From a virus: 64,000 bases of DNA. The stretch lies in IMG/VR virus record IMGVR_UViG_3300001102_000006. One strand, given 5' to 3'. A program made the position numbers and the translations under genes. Within the stretch, counting starts at the first letter, position 1; each line of letters opens with the position of its first letter. Shown here piece by piece: positions 51,911 to 61,058 of this stretch. The notes under the pieces are model-generated. The model searched no databases, was not told the origin of the DNA, and saw only the letters and a program-made list of their open reading frames with translations.

Positions 51911-52672
51911 ATGACAAAATATAGCTACATCGGAAACCTGATCCGCGTCGGTGGTGACGCAAAAACCGTCAAAGGTAACAAGGGCGGCAAGTATGTCACC
52001 GGCATTATGTATTTGATCCCGTGGAAACATGTTATTGAGGGTAAGCGCGTCAACGTCTGCCCCATGGCTGAAACCGCCGGTTGCCTTGACGGTTGCCTTG
52101 TGACCGCCGGACGCGGGCGCATGTCAAACGTGCATGCGGGCCGCATGCGCAAAACGGAATGGTTTGCAAGTGACCGCGCCGGATTCATGGCCCAGCTTGT
52201 CAAAGATTGCGCGGGCCTTGTGCGCTACTGTGGCAAGCGCGACGTGCGCCCCGCCCTGCGCCTTAACGGCACGTCTGACATTCGGTGGGAGTCGATCCCA
52301 TGCGAGCGCGACGGGCAAACGTTCCCGCATATCTTTGCGGCATTCCCTGAAATTCAGTTTTACGATTACACAAAGATTGCGAATCGTGACGTTGAGTCGA
52401 TCCCCAACTATGGCCTAACCTTTTCCTATAGTGAGGCGAATCCAGCCTATGCAAAACAGGTTGCAATTGCCCGCGCCAAGGGAATGAATATTGCGGTTGT
52501 TTTCCGCAAGAAAGAAAACATCCCGCCGCGCTTTCTTGACCGCGACGTGATAGACGGTGACGAAACCGATATGCGCTTTCTTGACCCGCAAGGCGTTATC
52601 GTGGCCCTTTACGCCAAGGGCAAGGCAAAGCAAGACGACTCCGGCTTTGTCATTGATTCAATCGCGGCATAG
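51911..52672 (+). CDS. Phage gp88-like (radical-SAM-like) protein
   Basis: CPMAETAGCLDGCL..AGRG, RLNGTSDI.WE, FYDYTK, LTFSYSE, IDGDETDMRFLD. Confidence 0.75.
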   Translation: MTKYSYIGNLIRVGGDAKTVKGNKGGKYVTGIMYLIPWKHVIEGKRVNVCPMAETAGCLDGCLVTAGRGRMSNVHAGRMRKTEWFASDRAGFMAQLVKDCAGLVRYCGKRDVRPALRLNGTSDIRWESIPCERDGQTFPHIFAAFPEIQFYDYTKIANRDVESIPNYGLTFSYSEANPAYAKQVAIARAKGMNIAVVFRKKENIPPRFLDRDVIDGDETDMRFLDPQGVIVALYAKGKAKQDDSGFVIDSIAA

Positions 52673-53037
52673 GAAAGGAAAAAACATTCAACTAATCACA
52701 ATCGGAATCCTAGTGGCCCTTTACGTTGTTCTAGGTCACTTCTAAACTAGGCGGGGGGAATCATCCCCCGCCACAAAACAGAAAGGCAAAACCCATGGCC
52801 AAAGATAGCAGAAACGAAAAGCACGAAAACCGCGACCGCAAGCGCGACCGCGACGGGGTGCAAGCTAAGCGCCGCGATGCACGCCGCGCCAAGGCAAAGC
52901 GCCGCGCGTTTGAGGCAAGCGGAAAGCACCGCTAAGAAAGTGAAGGCTAGGCGAATTTTTTACTTGCGAATCGCCTAGCCGCATGCGATAAACAGTTATC
53001 GAAACGGCGCAACGCCACAACCCGAGGAACCTAAAAC

Positions 53038-53364
53038 ATGACACGCAATTTTGACCCCGCCCTGATGTCCTTCCTGCCGCAAAGCGTTGTTGACGCTGAA
53101 TTGAAAGCGCGCGGCGCGCAGATCACAACCGTGACGTTCGCCAAGAAAAGTGGCGAAGTGACAACCCGCACGGGCATGCCCAAAGTTTACAAGCGCCGCG
53201 TGGGTGGCGAAAAGGGCGCGATTGCCGCCGCCGCCCTGCGCGACAACGGCAACGTGTTTTTTGACTACACAAACCCCGAAGGCAACGCCGCCGGAAACAA
53301 GGGCTTTGCGTTTAACAAAGGCCGCGTGATTGCCATTGGCGACTCCGGCAAACATCCCGCCTAA
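53038..53364 (+). CDS. Hypothetical early protein
   Basis: Promoter, GAGG RBS; TVTFAKKSGEV.TR. Confidence 0.65.
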   Translation: MTRNFDPALMSFLPQSVVDAELKARGAQITTVTFAKKSGEVTTRTGMPKVYKRRVGGEKGAIAAAALRDNGNVFFDYTNPEGNAAGNKGFAFNKGRVIAIGDSGKHPA

Positions 53365-53413
53365 GCGGGCGCGGCGCGCTAGGACCGTTTCGACTGGGAA
53401 AGCGCGCCGCCAT

Positions 53414-53429
53414 TGTTTCACGTGAAACA
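53414..53429. other. parS: parS centromere palindrome 2
   Basis: TGTTTCACGTGAAACA, 19 nt upstream of TTGACA. Confidence 0.9.
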
Positions 53430-53478
53430 AGGTAGCGGTAAATTACTATTGACACCGGACCCCGAATCACTCTAATCT

Positions 53479-53556
53479 AAATGTGAGGTCAGGAAAGGCG
53501 CGCCGCCCGCGCCAAGTATGGGACGGGTTAAGAGAGCGGAGTCCGTTCTCTTTTTT
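53479..53556 (+). ncRNA. Repeated small RNA, copy B
   Basis: TTGACA-18-TAATCT promoter, same motifs, terminator GAGAGCGG-AGT-CCGTTCTC then T6. Confidence 0.65.
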
Positions 53557-53636
53557 GTTTCCAACGTTTGAACGGATTCCTGCGACCCTCGCGTCCCCTA
53601 CTTGATGCTGTCGGCATCTTTCCTGACCTCACATAT
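53525..53636 (-). ncRNA. Repeated small RNA, copy C (convergent on B)
   Basis: TTGCGA-17-TAAGGT promoter, TGTGAGGTCAGGAAAG, GATGC-CGACA-GCATC hairpin, AAGTAGGGGACG; 3' end uncertain. Confidence 0.55.
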
Positions 53637-53770
53637 ACCTTAGCCGCGCGTTGCGTGATTCGCAAGAGAAAAAAATTTCGTTTGACCTGTTTTTTGTGTT
53701 GCGAATCGTTCGGGAATATGGGAAAACAGAATCACGGAAACACAAACAGACACCTAGAGAGGTTCACACA

Positions 53771-54679
53771 ATGACTTATAATCGTTACATGAAGGGCATG
53801 AGCAACGGCGGCAACATCTTTTGGGATGGCGCAACCCCGCTTGGCAATGATGAATTGCAGCGCGCCGTGCCGTCGCTTTTCGCCACCGAGGCCCACGAGT
53901 CGCGTTCTGACCGTTTCGTGCCTATCCCTACCGTCAACGTTCTGGACGGCTTGCGCGCCGCTGACTTTATGCCCGTGATGGCACAACAGGCCCGCACGCG
54001 CATTCCCGGCAAGGCCGCTTATACGCGCCACATGATCCGCATGCGCCACCGTTCGCTGACCAATACCGCCGGGGAAGCGTTCGAGGTTATCTTGACCAAC
54101 GCCAATGACGGCACCGCCGCCTATAAGATGATTGCGGGCATTTTCCGCTTTGTCTGCACCAATGGGCTGTTTACCGGGGAAGCGTTTGACACGGTATCCG
54201 TTCGCCACGCTGGCAAGTCTGTCATTGATGACGTTCGCGATGGCGCGGTGAATATGCTTGACATGGCCCCCCGCGTGCTGGACTCGGTTGAACAATTCAA
54301 GGGAATCACCCTTGACCGTGATGAGGCCCTGACCTTTGCAGAGGCCGCGCACCGCGTGCGCTTTGCCAACGCATATGAGGCTGACCCGGAAAACCCCGAC
54401 GCCTTGCCCACGTTGAACCCTAACGCCTGCCCCGTGCAACCGCTGGACCTTTTGCGGGCACGTCGCACCGCTGACAAGACTCCGACGCTGTGGAGCGCGT
54501 TCAATATCGTGCAGGAAAACACCGTGCGCGGCGGGCAGCGGGGAATCATCCAAGGCACCAACGGCAAGGCACGCCGCGCCAAGGTGCGGGAAGTCAAGGG
54601 CATTGCGCAAACCACGGCACTGAATCAAGCCCTTTGGGACCTGACCGAAAAGATGGCGGATATCAAATGCGCCGCCTAA
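53771..54679 (+). CDS. DUF932 family protein
   Basis: SRSDRFVPIPT, YTRHMIRMR, LTNANDGTAAYKMIAGIFRFVCTNGL, TLWSAFNIVQEN, LNQALW. Confidence 0.88.
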   Translation: MTYNRYMKGMSNGGNIFWDGATPLGNDELQRAVPSLFATEAHESRSDRFVPIPTVNVLDGLRAADFMPVMAQQARTRIPGKAAYTRHMIRMRHRSLTNTAGEAFEVILTNANDGTAAYKMIAGIFRFVCTNGLFTGEAFDTVSVRHAGKSVIDDVRDGAVNMLDMAPRVLDSVEQFKGITLDRDEALTFAEAAHRVRFANAYEADPENPDALPTLNPNACPVQPLDLLRARRTADKTPTLWSAFNIVQENTVRGGQRGIIQGTNGKARRAKVREVKGIAQTTALNQALWDLTEKMADIKCAA

Positions 54680-54767
54680 ACGACAACCCCCGGCGTGGCA
54701 CGATCCGCGCCGGGATTGCCTTTGCGGTCCTGACCTACGCCTTGCTAGTGATTGGACTCGCCTTGTA

Positions 54768-55096
54768 AAAGAAAAGCCCGCTAACGCGGGCTTTTTGCTT
54801 GCGAATCATTTGAAAGGATGCGATAAATAATTATCGAAACACAAACCCAATGGAGGCCAAAATGGCTGATACTACTTCTCTCGAATATTACCTTTCACCT
54901 GAATACGCTGCTAAGTATGCAGCAGAACAAAAGGCTTTAGAGGAAAGCCGGGGAAGGGTAGCCCTAACAAAGCGGCGCAATTGGGAAGCGCTGCACGGGG
55001 AACCCGCCCCTCGATGGATGTGAAAGAAAAGCCCGCTAACGCGGGCTTTTTGTCTTGCGAATCATTTGAAAGGGTGCGATAAATAATTATCGAAAC
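54768..55096 (+). repeat. Near-identical ~73-bp terminator-plus-promoter cassettes (54768-54840, 55023-55096)
   Basis: AAAAGCCCGCTAACGCGGGCTTTTTG(T)CTTGCGAATCATTTGAAAGG(A/G)TGCGATAAATAATTATCGAAAC. Confidence 0.85.
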
Positions 55097-55116
55097 GCTA
55101 AACAAGGATAGCAATC

Positions 55117-55365
55117 ATGGCCCTCAATCTCACACAAGCGCAAATCAATGATCTTTGGGAAAAAGGTTACCGCCCTTATGAGATTTACACGAAAAACCCC
55201 GCGCCGGTTGAATACTATGGCGAACAAAAACAGGCGGGCGAAATTGGCGGCTGGGATATCAAGTTTGTTTTCGCGCGCCGCGAAACGCTGGAAACCTTCC
55301 CTTTCTTTGATTGCGTGATAGGGCAAGACGCGGTTTATTCCTGCACCGAAATTCACCACGGTTGA
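55117..55365 (+). CDS. Hypothetical early protein
   Basis: Own promoter, AAGGA RBS, terminator. Confidence 0.65.
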   Translation: MALNLTQAQINDLWEKGYRPYEIYTKNPAPVEYYGEQKQAGEIGGWDIKFVFARRETLETFPFFDCVIGQDAVYSCTEIHHG

Positions 55366-55415
55366 CAAACAAAGAAACCCTGCTAACGCGGGGTTTCTGA
55401 TTCGTTCCGCGCGCT

Positions 55416-55487
55416 AAAAAAGAGAACGGACTCCGCACTCCTAACCCGTCCCCTACTTGGCGCATCCGCCTTTCCTGACCTCACAAA
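55416..55487 (-). ncRNA. Repeated small RNA, copy D
   Basis: TTGCGA-17-TATGGT promoter, same motifs, GGCG-GATG-CGCC hairpin, terminator with T6. Confidence 0.65.
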
Positions 55488-55604
55488 TACCATACCGCGA
55501 CCCTAAACGATTCGCAACACAAAAAACAAGGCAACGGTAAATTATTATGCTTGCGAATCGCCTGCACATATGCGACAAAGGGTTATCAAGGAAAGGAACC
55601 CACA

Positions 55605-56156
55605 ATGTTTGATGCAATCGAAACTCGCGACGTTGGCGAATTCACTGTCAAGGTTATCCCTGACGATTCCGGCTCGGCTGAAAGCCCTCGTGATTGGGCA
55701 CCGCTCGGAAAATTCTTTGGCTTTCACAATCGCTATGCGTCACCTGATAAGCCCCCGGCACAAGACCCGCAAGAGGCGCGCGCCATTGCCGAACGTGGCG
55801 ACAATATTTGCCTGCCCGTGTGGATGTATGACCATTCCGGCACGTGCTACCGCGCGGCGGAAACAAACCCGTTTTCCTGCCCTTGGGACTCCGGTTGCTT
55901 TGGGTTTATCTACATCACGCGCCGGGAAGCCCGCAACATTTTTGGCTGGGCGCGAATCACTGAGGAACGCCGCCAGCAAGTGCTGCAACACCTCAAGTCC
56001 GAAGTCAAGGAATATTCGGCATGGGCCAATGGGGAGGTTTACGGCTTTGTCGTGGAAGACTCCGAAGGTGATGAGGTGGATTCTTGCTGGGGCTTTATCG
56101 GTGATCCTGAATATGCCATGGAAGCCGGAATCGACGCGGCGGGGTGCGCGGCTTGA
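55605..56156 (+). CDS. Conserved-looking phage early protein
   Basis: ESPRDW, PVWMYDHSG, CPWDSG, W.NGEVYGF, DSCWGF. Confidence 0.65.
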   Translation: MFDAIETRDVGEFTVKVIPDDSGSAESPRDWAPLGKFFGFHNRYASPDKPPAQDPQEARAIAERGDNICLPVWMYDHSGTCYRAAETNPFSCPWDSGCFGFIYITRREARNIFGWARITEERRQQVLQHLKSEVKEYSAWANGEVYGFVVEDSEGDEVDSCWGFIGDPEYAMEAGIDAAGCAA

Positions 56157-56418
56157 GCACTGCAAACATGCTGCGCACGTTATTGGCGTGCGCAGAACGC
56201 CCCGACGATAAACGCCTGAATTCGCACCTGTCAGAGTCTGACATTGCTGAAACAATTCGCCTTGCAATCGAGTGTCTGGAAACAGAACAATTCAAGGCGG
56301 ATGAATCGGAAAAGTTGCGCGCCGTGCTAGTCGATCTATCACGCGCCGCCATTGCAACGGACTCGCCTGAATTCGTGGCAATCCCCGCCGCTACGTGGCA
56401 AACCTTGCTGGACTCCAT

Positions 56419-56434
56419 TGTTTCACGTGAAACA
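56419..56434. other. parS: parS centromere palindrome 3
   Basis: TGTTTCACGTGAAACA, in a 47-bp block matching copy 2 at 46/47 positions. Confidence 0.9.
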
Positions 56435-56519
56435 AGGTAACGGTAAATTACTATTGACACCGAACAACGAATCGCCCTATAAAGGGTTATCGAAACAACA
56501 AACCCAAAGGAACGAAAAA

Positions 56520-58082
56520 ATGGGCACTCGCGCTGCATACACCTTCAAAGATGACACTGGCGTTTTCCACGTCTATAAGCACTGGGATGGATATCCCACG
56601 GGCGCGGCAATGCACCTGAAAGCTACGCTGGAATCCGGCAAGGCTTGGGCACTGCCCCGCTATGAAGCGGATGAATTCGCCGCCGCGTTTATCGCTGCAA
56701 ACAAAGATTCGGACGGCGATATTCGCTTGCTGAAAAGCCCCCGTAAAGTTGGCGACATTGAATTCGCCTATACCGTATGGCAGGCGGGTGATGGCGAATT
56801 GATGATCCGCGTGCAATCCGTCAATAACTGGGATAAGTGGCAGGCGGAAACCCTGTGGCGCGGCAAGCTGGCAGAATTCCTTGATACCGGCGCGGAGTCC
56901 ATCGAATGAAACCCCTTGTCCTATTCCTCACCATATGGGGCGCTGACGCGCCCCACGATGGCCCAATGGTCTACGTCATGGGCGGAAACCTGACGCCGCA
57001 AGCCTGCACCGCTGGCATGGTTGCCCTTGATCGTATGGCAACGCTTGTGGGCGGGTCTGTATCGTGCGAGTTTGACCTTGCAGAACCCCACGACTCACCC
57101 GATGCACCGCTAGTGCGCTTCCCCGCTTGTGAGTATGAGGACTCCACCAATTGCATATGGAATGCGCAAGAACGGGGTAACGGTATCGGGCAATCCTTTT
57201 ACAACGTCTATGGCGATGTGTTGCCCATTGACTGGAACAACGAATCGCAATAACATCTAAGATGTGACAAAACGAAACCCAAAAGAAAGCCAAAGCTATG
57301 ACCCACGCCCCGACCCTGTTACCAACGCAAGGCACCGCAATTCAGATGGCGGATGTCTATTTCAATCTACACCGGGGGGTGTGGTCCTGCCGTTCGCGCA
57401 AAACAGGGCGAGTCGAGCATCACGCCCGTGCCGTTGTTTCGCTCGATCCTGTCGCCATGGTGGTGCAGCAAGCGGGCCGCGCCAAGGTATGCCGCACGGG
57501 GCAAAAGAATGTGCATGCATTCGCCCGCATGGCGCTGGGCGTTGTATCCGATGACGTGCAGGGCTGGGCTGATTATGCCAATGCAATCCCCGGCCTTGTG
57601 CGCCTGTCATATTCCCCTACCTATGCGGGGCACTTCTATCGTGTCGATACGAAAGAACCTGTGACCCACGTGCAGGGGCTGTATATGCTGGCCCCCTGTG
57701 GTGCGCCGCCCCGCGTGCTGGCCTATCTGTAAGATGTAGGGCAGGGCAAAATTACTATTGACCCTGCCCCACGAATCACCTATAACAGTAGGTATAGGAA
57801 CACAGACACACAAGGACAGAGACAATGGCATCCATCGACACATACATCTACATCGAGCACAACGGCACAGAGTATGAGTGTGCTGTCACTGTGGAAGGTG
57901 ACGTTAGCCATGGTGGCAGCAACAGCTATGGTAGCGATGAGCCTGAATGGACAGAGGTGGATGACGTGACCGTATACAACGCACGTGGCAAGCGCGTGAG
58001 CAAGCGCCTGATGGATAAGATTGATGCAAAGCAATGGGATCACATGACAGACCTGCTAGTCGAGGCTGATGCAAGCTGGTGA
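56520..58082 (+). CDS. Early hypothetical ORFs (56520-56909, 56906-57253, 57298-57732, 57825-58082)
   Basis: Promoters and RBS; VYKHWDGYP; VYFNLH. Confidence 0.6.
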
Positions 58083-58346
58083 TGACAAGTCAAGTGTGTT
58101 GCGATGATGTGATCGCAACACACAAAGAAAAGACTTGACAAAATTAAAAGGGGAGGGACCCAACGGGGGGACGGGGGTAGGGGTGATTCGCGCGCGTAGT
58201 AGCTGTGTGCTAGGCCAAGACCAACTTTGGGTTGTGGTAGCTGTCGGCACCTGTTAGACCAACCGGGGGACCCAGCCAGAAAACAGACCCCCCACCCCCT
58301 ATTGAAAAATCGGCTCTACAAAAATTTCATATTTTTCAATATCAGG

Positions 58347-58361
58347 TTAACAGAGTATTAA
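58347..58361. promoter_or_regulatory. CtrA box TTAA-N7-TTAA(C)
   Basis: GTTAACAGAGTATTAAC, intergenic, upstream of 58458. Confidence 0.6.
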
Positions 58362-58457
58362 CAAATCTGGACCGGGACAAGAACATACCGTAAAATAAGG
58401 TACTTGACACAAATTTATCTGTACGTTACATTCACAAGACACAACGCAGGAGGACCC

Positions 58458-58970
58458 ATGAAGATCATCGGCGCACATGTGAACAAGGCTGACGCCTCTG
58501 ACGTAGCACGTAAAGTCAAGAGATGCATCAGGCAGCTACGCCTCAAGCAATACGAACTGAATATACCCGCTGACGCGGGCACCATCGCAACACAAATTCT
58601 CCACGTCAGAAGCACTCCGGGTATCCTGTCCAGAGGCGGTGCCAACACTCTAAAGATCAACCTTGCATACTGGCAGTCTGGAAGGCATATGTGGACAGAG
58701 TATAAGAGATTTGACAAGGACCCAATCATTGGACGCATAATGGTCAATGACGCTGATGATTCTCTGTGGTGTTTGGTTGCACACGAAGTAGCCCATCACG
58801 TTCAATACCGGTACTGTCCGCGCGTAGCGCGATTCAGTGCTCGGTCATCTAAGCCGTATACCAAACCACATGGATATTGCTTTCAGGATGTGTACCGGTA
58901 TCTTCGGCGCGATCTGATCAATCCGATGATTGAGAACAAGCGCGTAAGCCTTACGAACGGCAGATTGTAA
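58458..58970 (+). CDS. HExxH (SprT-like) hypothetical protein
   Basis: LVAHEVAHHVQY...KPHGYCF. Confidence 0.6.
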   Translation: MKIIGAHVNKADASDVARKVKRCIRQLRLKQYELNIPADAGTIATQILHVRSTPGILSRGGANTLKINLAYWQSGRHMWTEYKRFDKDPIIGRIMVNDADDSLWCLVAHEVAHHVQYRYCPRVARFSARSSKPYTKPHGYCFQDVYRYLRRDLINPMIENKRVSLTNGRL

Positions 58971-59196
58971 GCGCGTCAGTCTGGGAGGTTCCGTCTAGGT
59001 CGGCCCGCACTCACTTTTCGTTTGACATGCCAAAAGACATCTGGTACGCATATGGTCTAAGGAGAAAATCATGGTCACAATCACTGTCACAGGTTTCTGG
59101 GGTGCCGTCATGTTCGGCGCAGGTGTTGCTCTCGGCGGAATGCTTGTCGGTATCGGCATCGGTATTCTTGGATTGATCCTCGGCGTAAACCGGTAA

Positions 59197-59649
59197 ATGG
59201 GCTGGGCTGTCGGATATGACGTTGGCTGGCAGCGGGACATCGGTTACGGTGTTCCGGCGCTCTGCGATCACCCTGAATCGGATGAAGTGATCGACCGAGG
59301 TCTTGCCTATGTATGCGGCGGAGACGTTTATGGCGGGGAACACGGCTGCGGTCTGTTCTTTTCCAGCAAACATCTTTTCTATGTTCGGAATGAAGATTTG
59401 CCGGACGGAGAGAAGTGGTCGCCGCAGCTATGTGAACGATGCGCCAAAGGCTTTCAGTTGCTGGGAACCGATGGGGAATACAAGGAAGACCCGCCTGAGC
59501 CGTTCACGCCAAAACCCGATACCTTGGAATGGATTACGCACAAGATGAATTGCCCATCGTGGGCAGACTGGCGCGATAAGCATCCATCCTTCGTTGAAGA
59601 ACACGCGGATAAGATCGATCCTGATTGGAAACGAGATGAATACGACTGA
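59197..59649 (+). CDS. Hypothetical Cys-rich phage protein
   Basis: RDIGYGVPALCDHP...IDRGLAYVCG...GCGLFF. Confidence 0.6.
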   Translation: MGWAVGYDVGWQRDIGYGVPALCDHPESDEVIDRGLAYVCGGDVYGGEHGCGLFFSSKHLFYVRNEDLPDGEKWSPQLCERCAKGFQLLGTDGEYKEDPPEPFTPKPDTLEWITHKMNCPSWADWRDKHPSFVEEHADKIDPDWKRDEYD

Positions 59650-59970
59650 CGAAGAAGTCACTGGCTACTACATGCCCGAAATCGATGAGGAAGAACTGAG
59701 ACGTGATCGACCCAAAAAACCCAAAACAGATAAAAGACGCCGCGCGCAAATTCGTGCGACCGCTGGTATGGTCGGACGGAGAGTTTGACGGAAACCCAAC
59801 TGGCGAATGGTATGCGTATGGTGTATCCGAGCACGTCATCTACAAAGACGGAAAGCTCTTTGCCTACTGGTCCGAAGGTGAGGGGCCAAAATACGATACG
59901 CTGATTGAGGCGCAAGAAGCGGCAAACGAAAACCACGTATCTGAGGTGATGCGTCTTTTCAATTGGATGA

Positions 59971-60312
59971 ATGATGATTGAACTTTTTCTTTTGCTGGTG
60001 TTCGGGCACTTTATGGCAGATTATGCCTTTCAATCCGAATTCATGGCATTGGGAAAGAACCGCCACGATCCGCTACCGAATGCGCCATGGTATCATCTTC
60101 TGTTCGCTCACTCCGCAATCCACGGTGGCATCGTCGGGATCATTACCGGATACTGGATCATAGGTCTTCTTGAGTTCGCTTGCCACATGGTCATTGACGA
60201 TCTACGCTGTGCGAAACGACTGACCTACACACAAGACCAGATGCTGCATGTCGGATGTAAAGTTGTATGGGTCTCGATCACTGTTGTTATAGGTCTTCCA
60301 GCCTTTCTATAA
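59971..60312 (+). CDS. DUF3307 family membrane protein
   Basis: GHFMADYAFQ, LFAHSAIH, HMVID, DQMLH. Confidence 0.8.
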   Translation: MMIELFLLLVFGHFMADYAFQSEFMALGKNRHDPLPNAPWYHLLFAHSAIHGGIVGIITGYWIIGLLEFACHMVIDDLRCAKRLTYTQDQMLHVGCKVVWVSITVVIGLPAFL

Positions 60313-60657
60313 AAAAGATGACCCTTTCTCAAAAAAGTTGTTGACATGCCGGATCACTTAACGTATGTATGTCTCATCAACGAAGCGGGATGCCTACTTG
60401 CCCGCAGACGCAACGCCAACATGGAGGCGACAATGACAAAACGATTTATCACGCCTCTGATGGCGACACACTCCCCCTTGCAACCCATTCCGGGTTCAGG
60501 TTATCCAGACACGCGAGAGATCATGCCGGTGCATCGGAAGCATCGGCCCGGTATCCCGGACATAGATTGTCCATCGGTCCCCGCCAGTTCGAATTCGAAT
60601 ACCGAACTCCAACTGGCCTAAGTGCTCTCCGAATGCCCCGGCAAAATGCCAACACAT

Positions 60658-60733
60658 GGGGCCTTCGTCTAGCGGTCTAGGACGCCTCCCTTTCAAGGTG
60701 GAAACGCGGGTTCGAATCCCGTAGGCCCTTCCA
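60658..60733 (+). tRNA. tRNA-Glu(TTC)
   Basis: Cloverleaf, CT-TTC-AA loop, GGTTCGAATCC, encoded CCA. Confidence 0.92.
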
Positions 60734-60754
60734 AAATTTAATAGAGAGGTACAT

Positions 60755-61033
60755 ATGGACCTTCTCAATCTGCACCCTCCAATGCCCGAGGGCAAGGAAC
60801 ATCTCGTCTATCGCGACTTTCCAAAAGTGCGCAAAGGACTGTTTGATTGGTTTCTTGAACAGCTTGAACCGTATGAGCTTGAGGTCTTGACCTACGCTCA
60901 ATACGAAACCGAACACGGGCTTCTTGCCCGAGGACAGATTTGGGTTAACCCTGACGGGTTAGCGCTATTGCCAGAAGCCCTTGAACGGGATATGGCTAAA
61001 CTAATCGCTGCGGGTCATATTGATCCGGAGTGA
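60755..61033 (+). CDS. Hypothetical protein
   Basis: GAGG RBS; lies between tRNA genes. Confidence 0.6.
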   Translation: MDLLNLHPPMPEGKEHLVYRDFPKVRKGLFDWFLEQLEPYELEVLTYAQYETEHGLLARGQIWVNPDGLALLPEALERDMAKLIAAGHIDPE

Positions 61034-61058
61034 GGGGTTCGCCCCGCGCTCTTTGACA
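61034..61058 (+). promoter_or_regulatory. rrn-type boxB/boxA antitermination-like element
   Basis: GGGG-TTCG-CCCC hairpin followed by CGCTCTTTGACA. Confidence 0.55.

Noticed and set aside
52996-53430. ORFs containing MFHVKQ (52996-53430, 51047-51376 extension, 56352 extension)
   Set aside because: The shared peptide is just the translated parS palindrome.
53482-53520. SRP RNA helix 8 identity for the repeated sRNA (UCAGG...AAGUAG resembles UCAGG...AAGCAG)
   Set aside because: The invariant C is U, there is no GNRA loop and extra As disrupt the geometry; resemblance noted but not called.
50664-53556. Invertible segment bounded by inverted copies A and B
   Set aside because: No recombinase in the window; each copy is better explained as an independent promoter-RNA-terminator unit.
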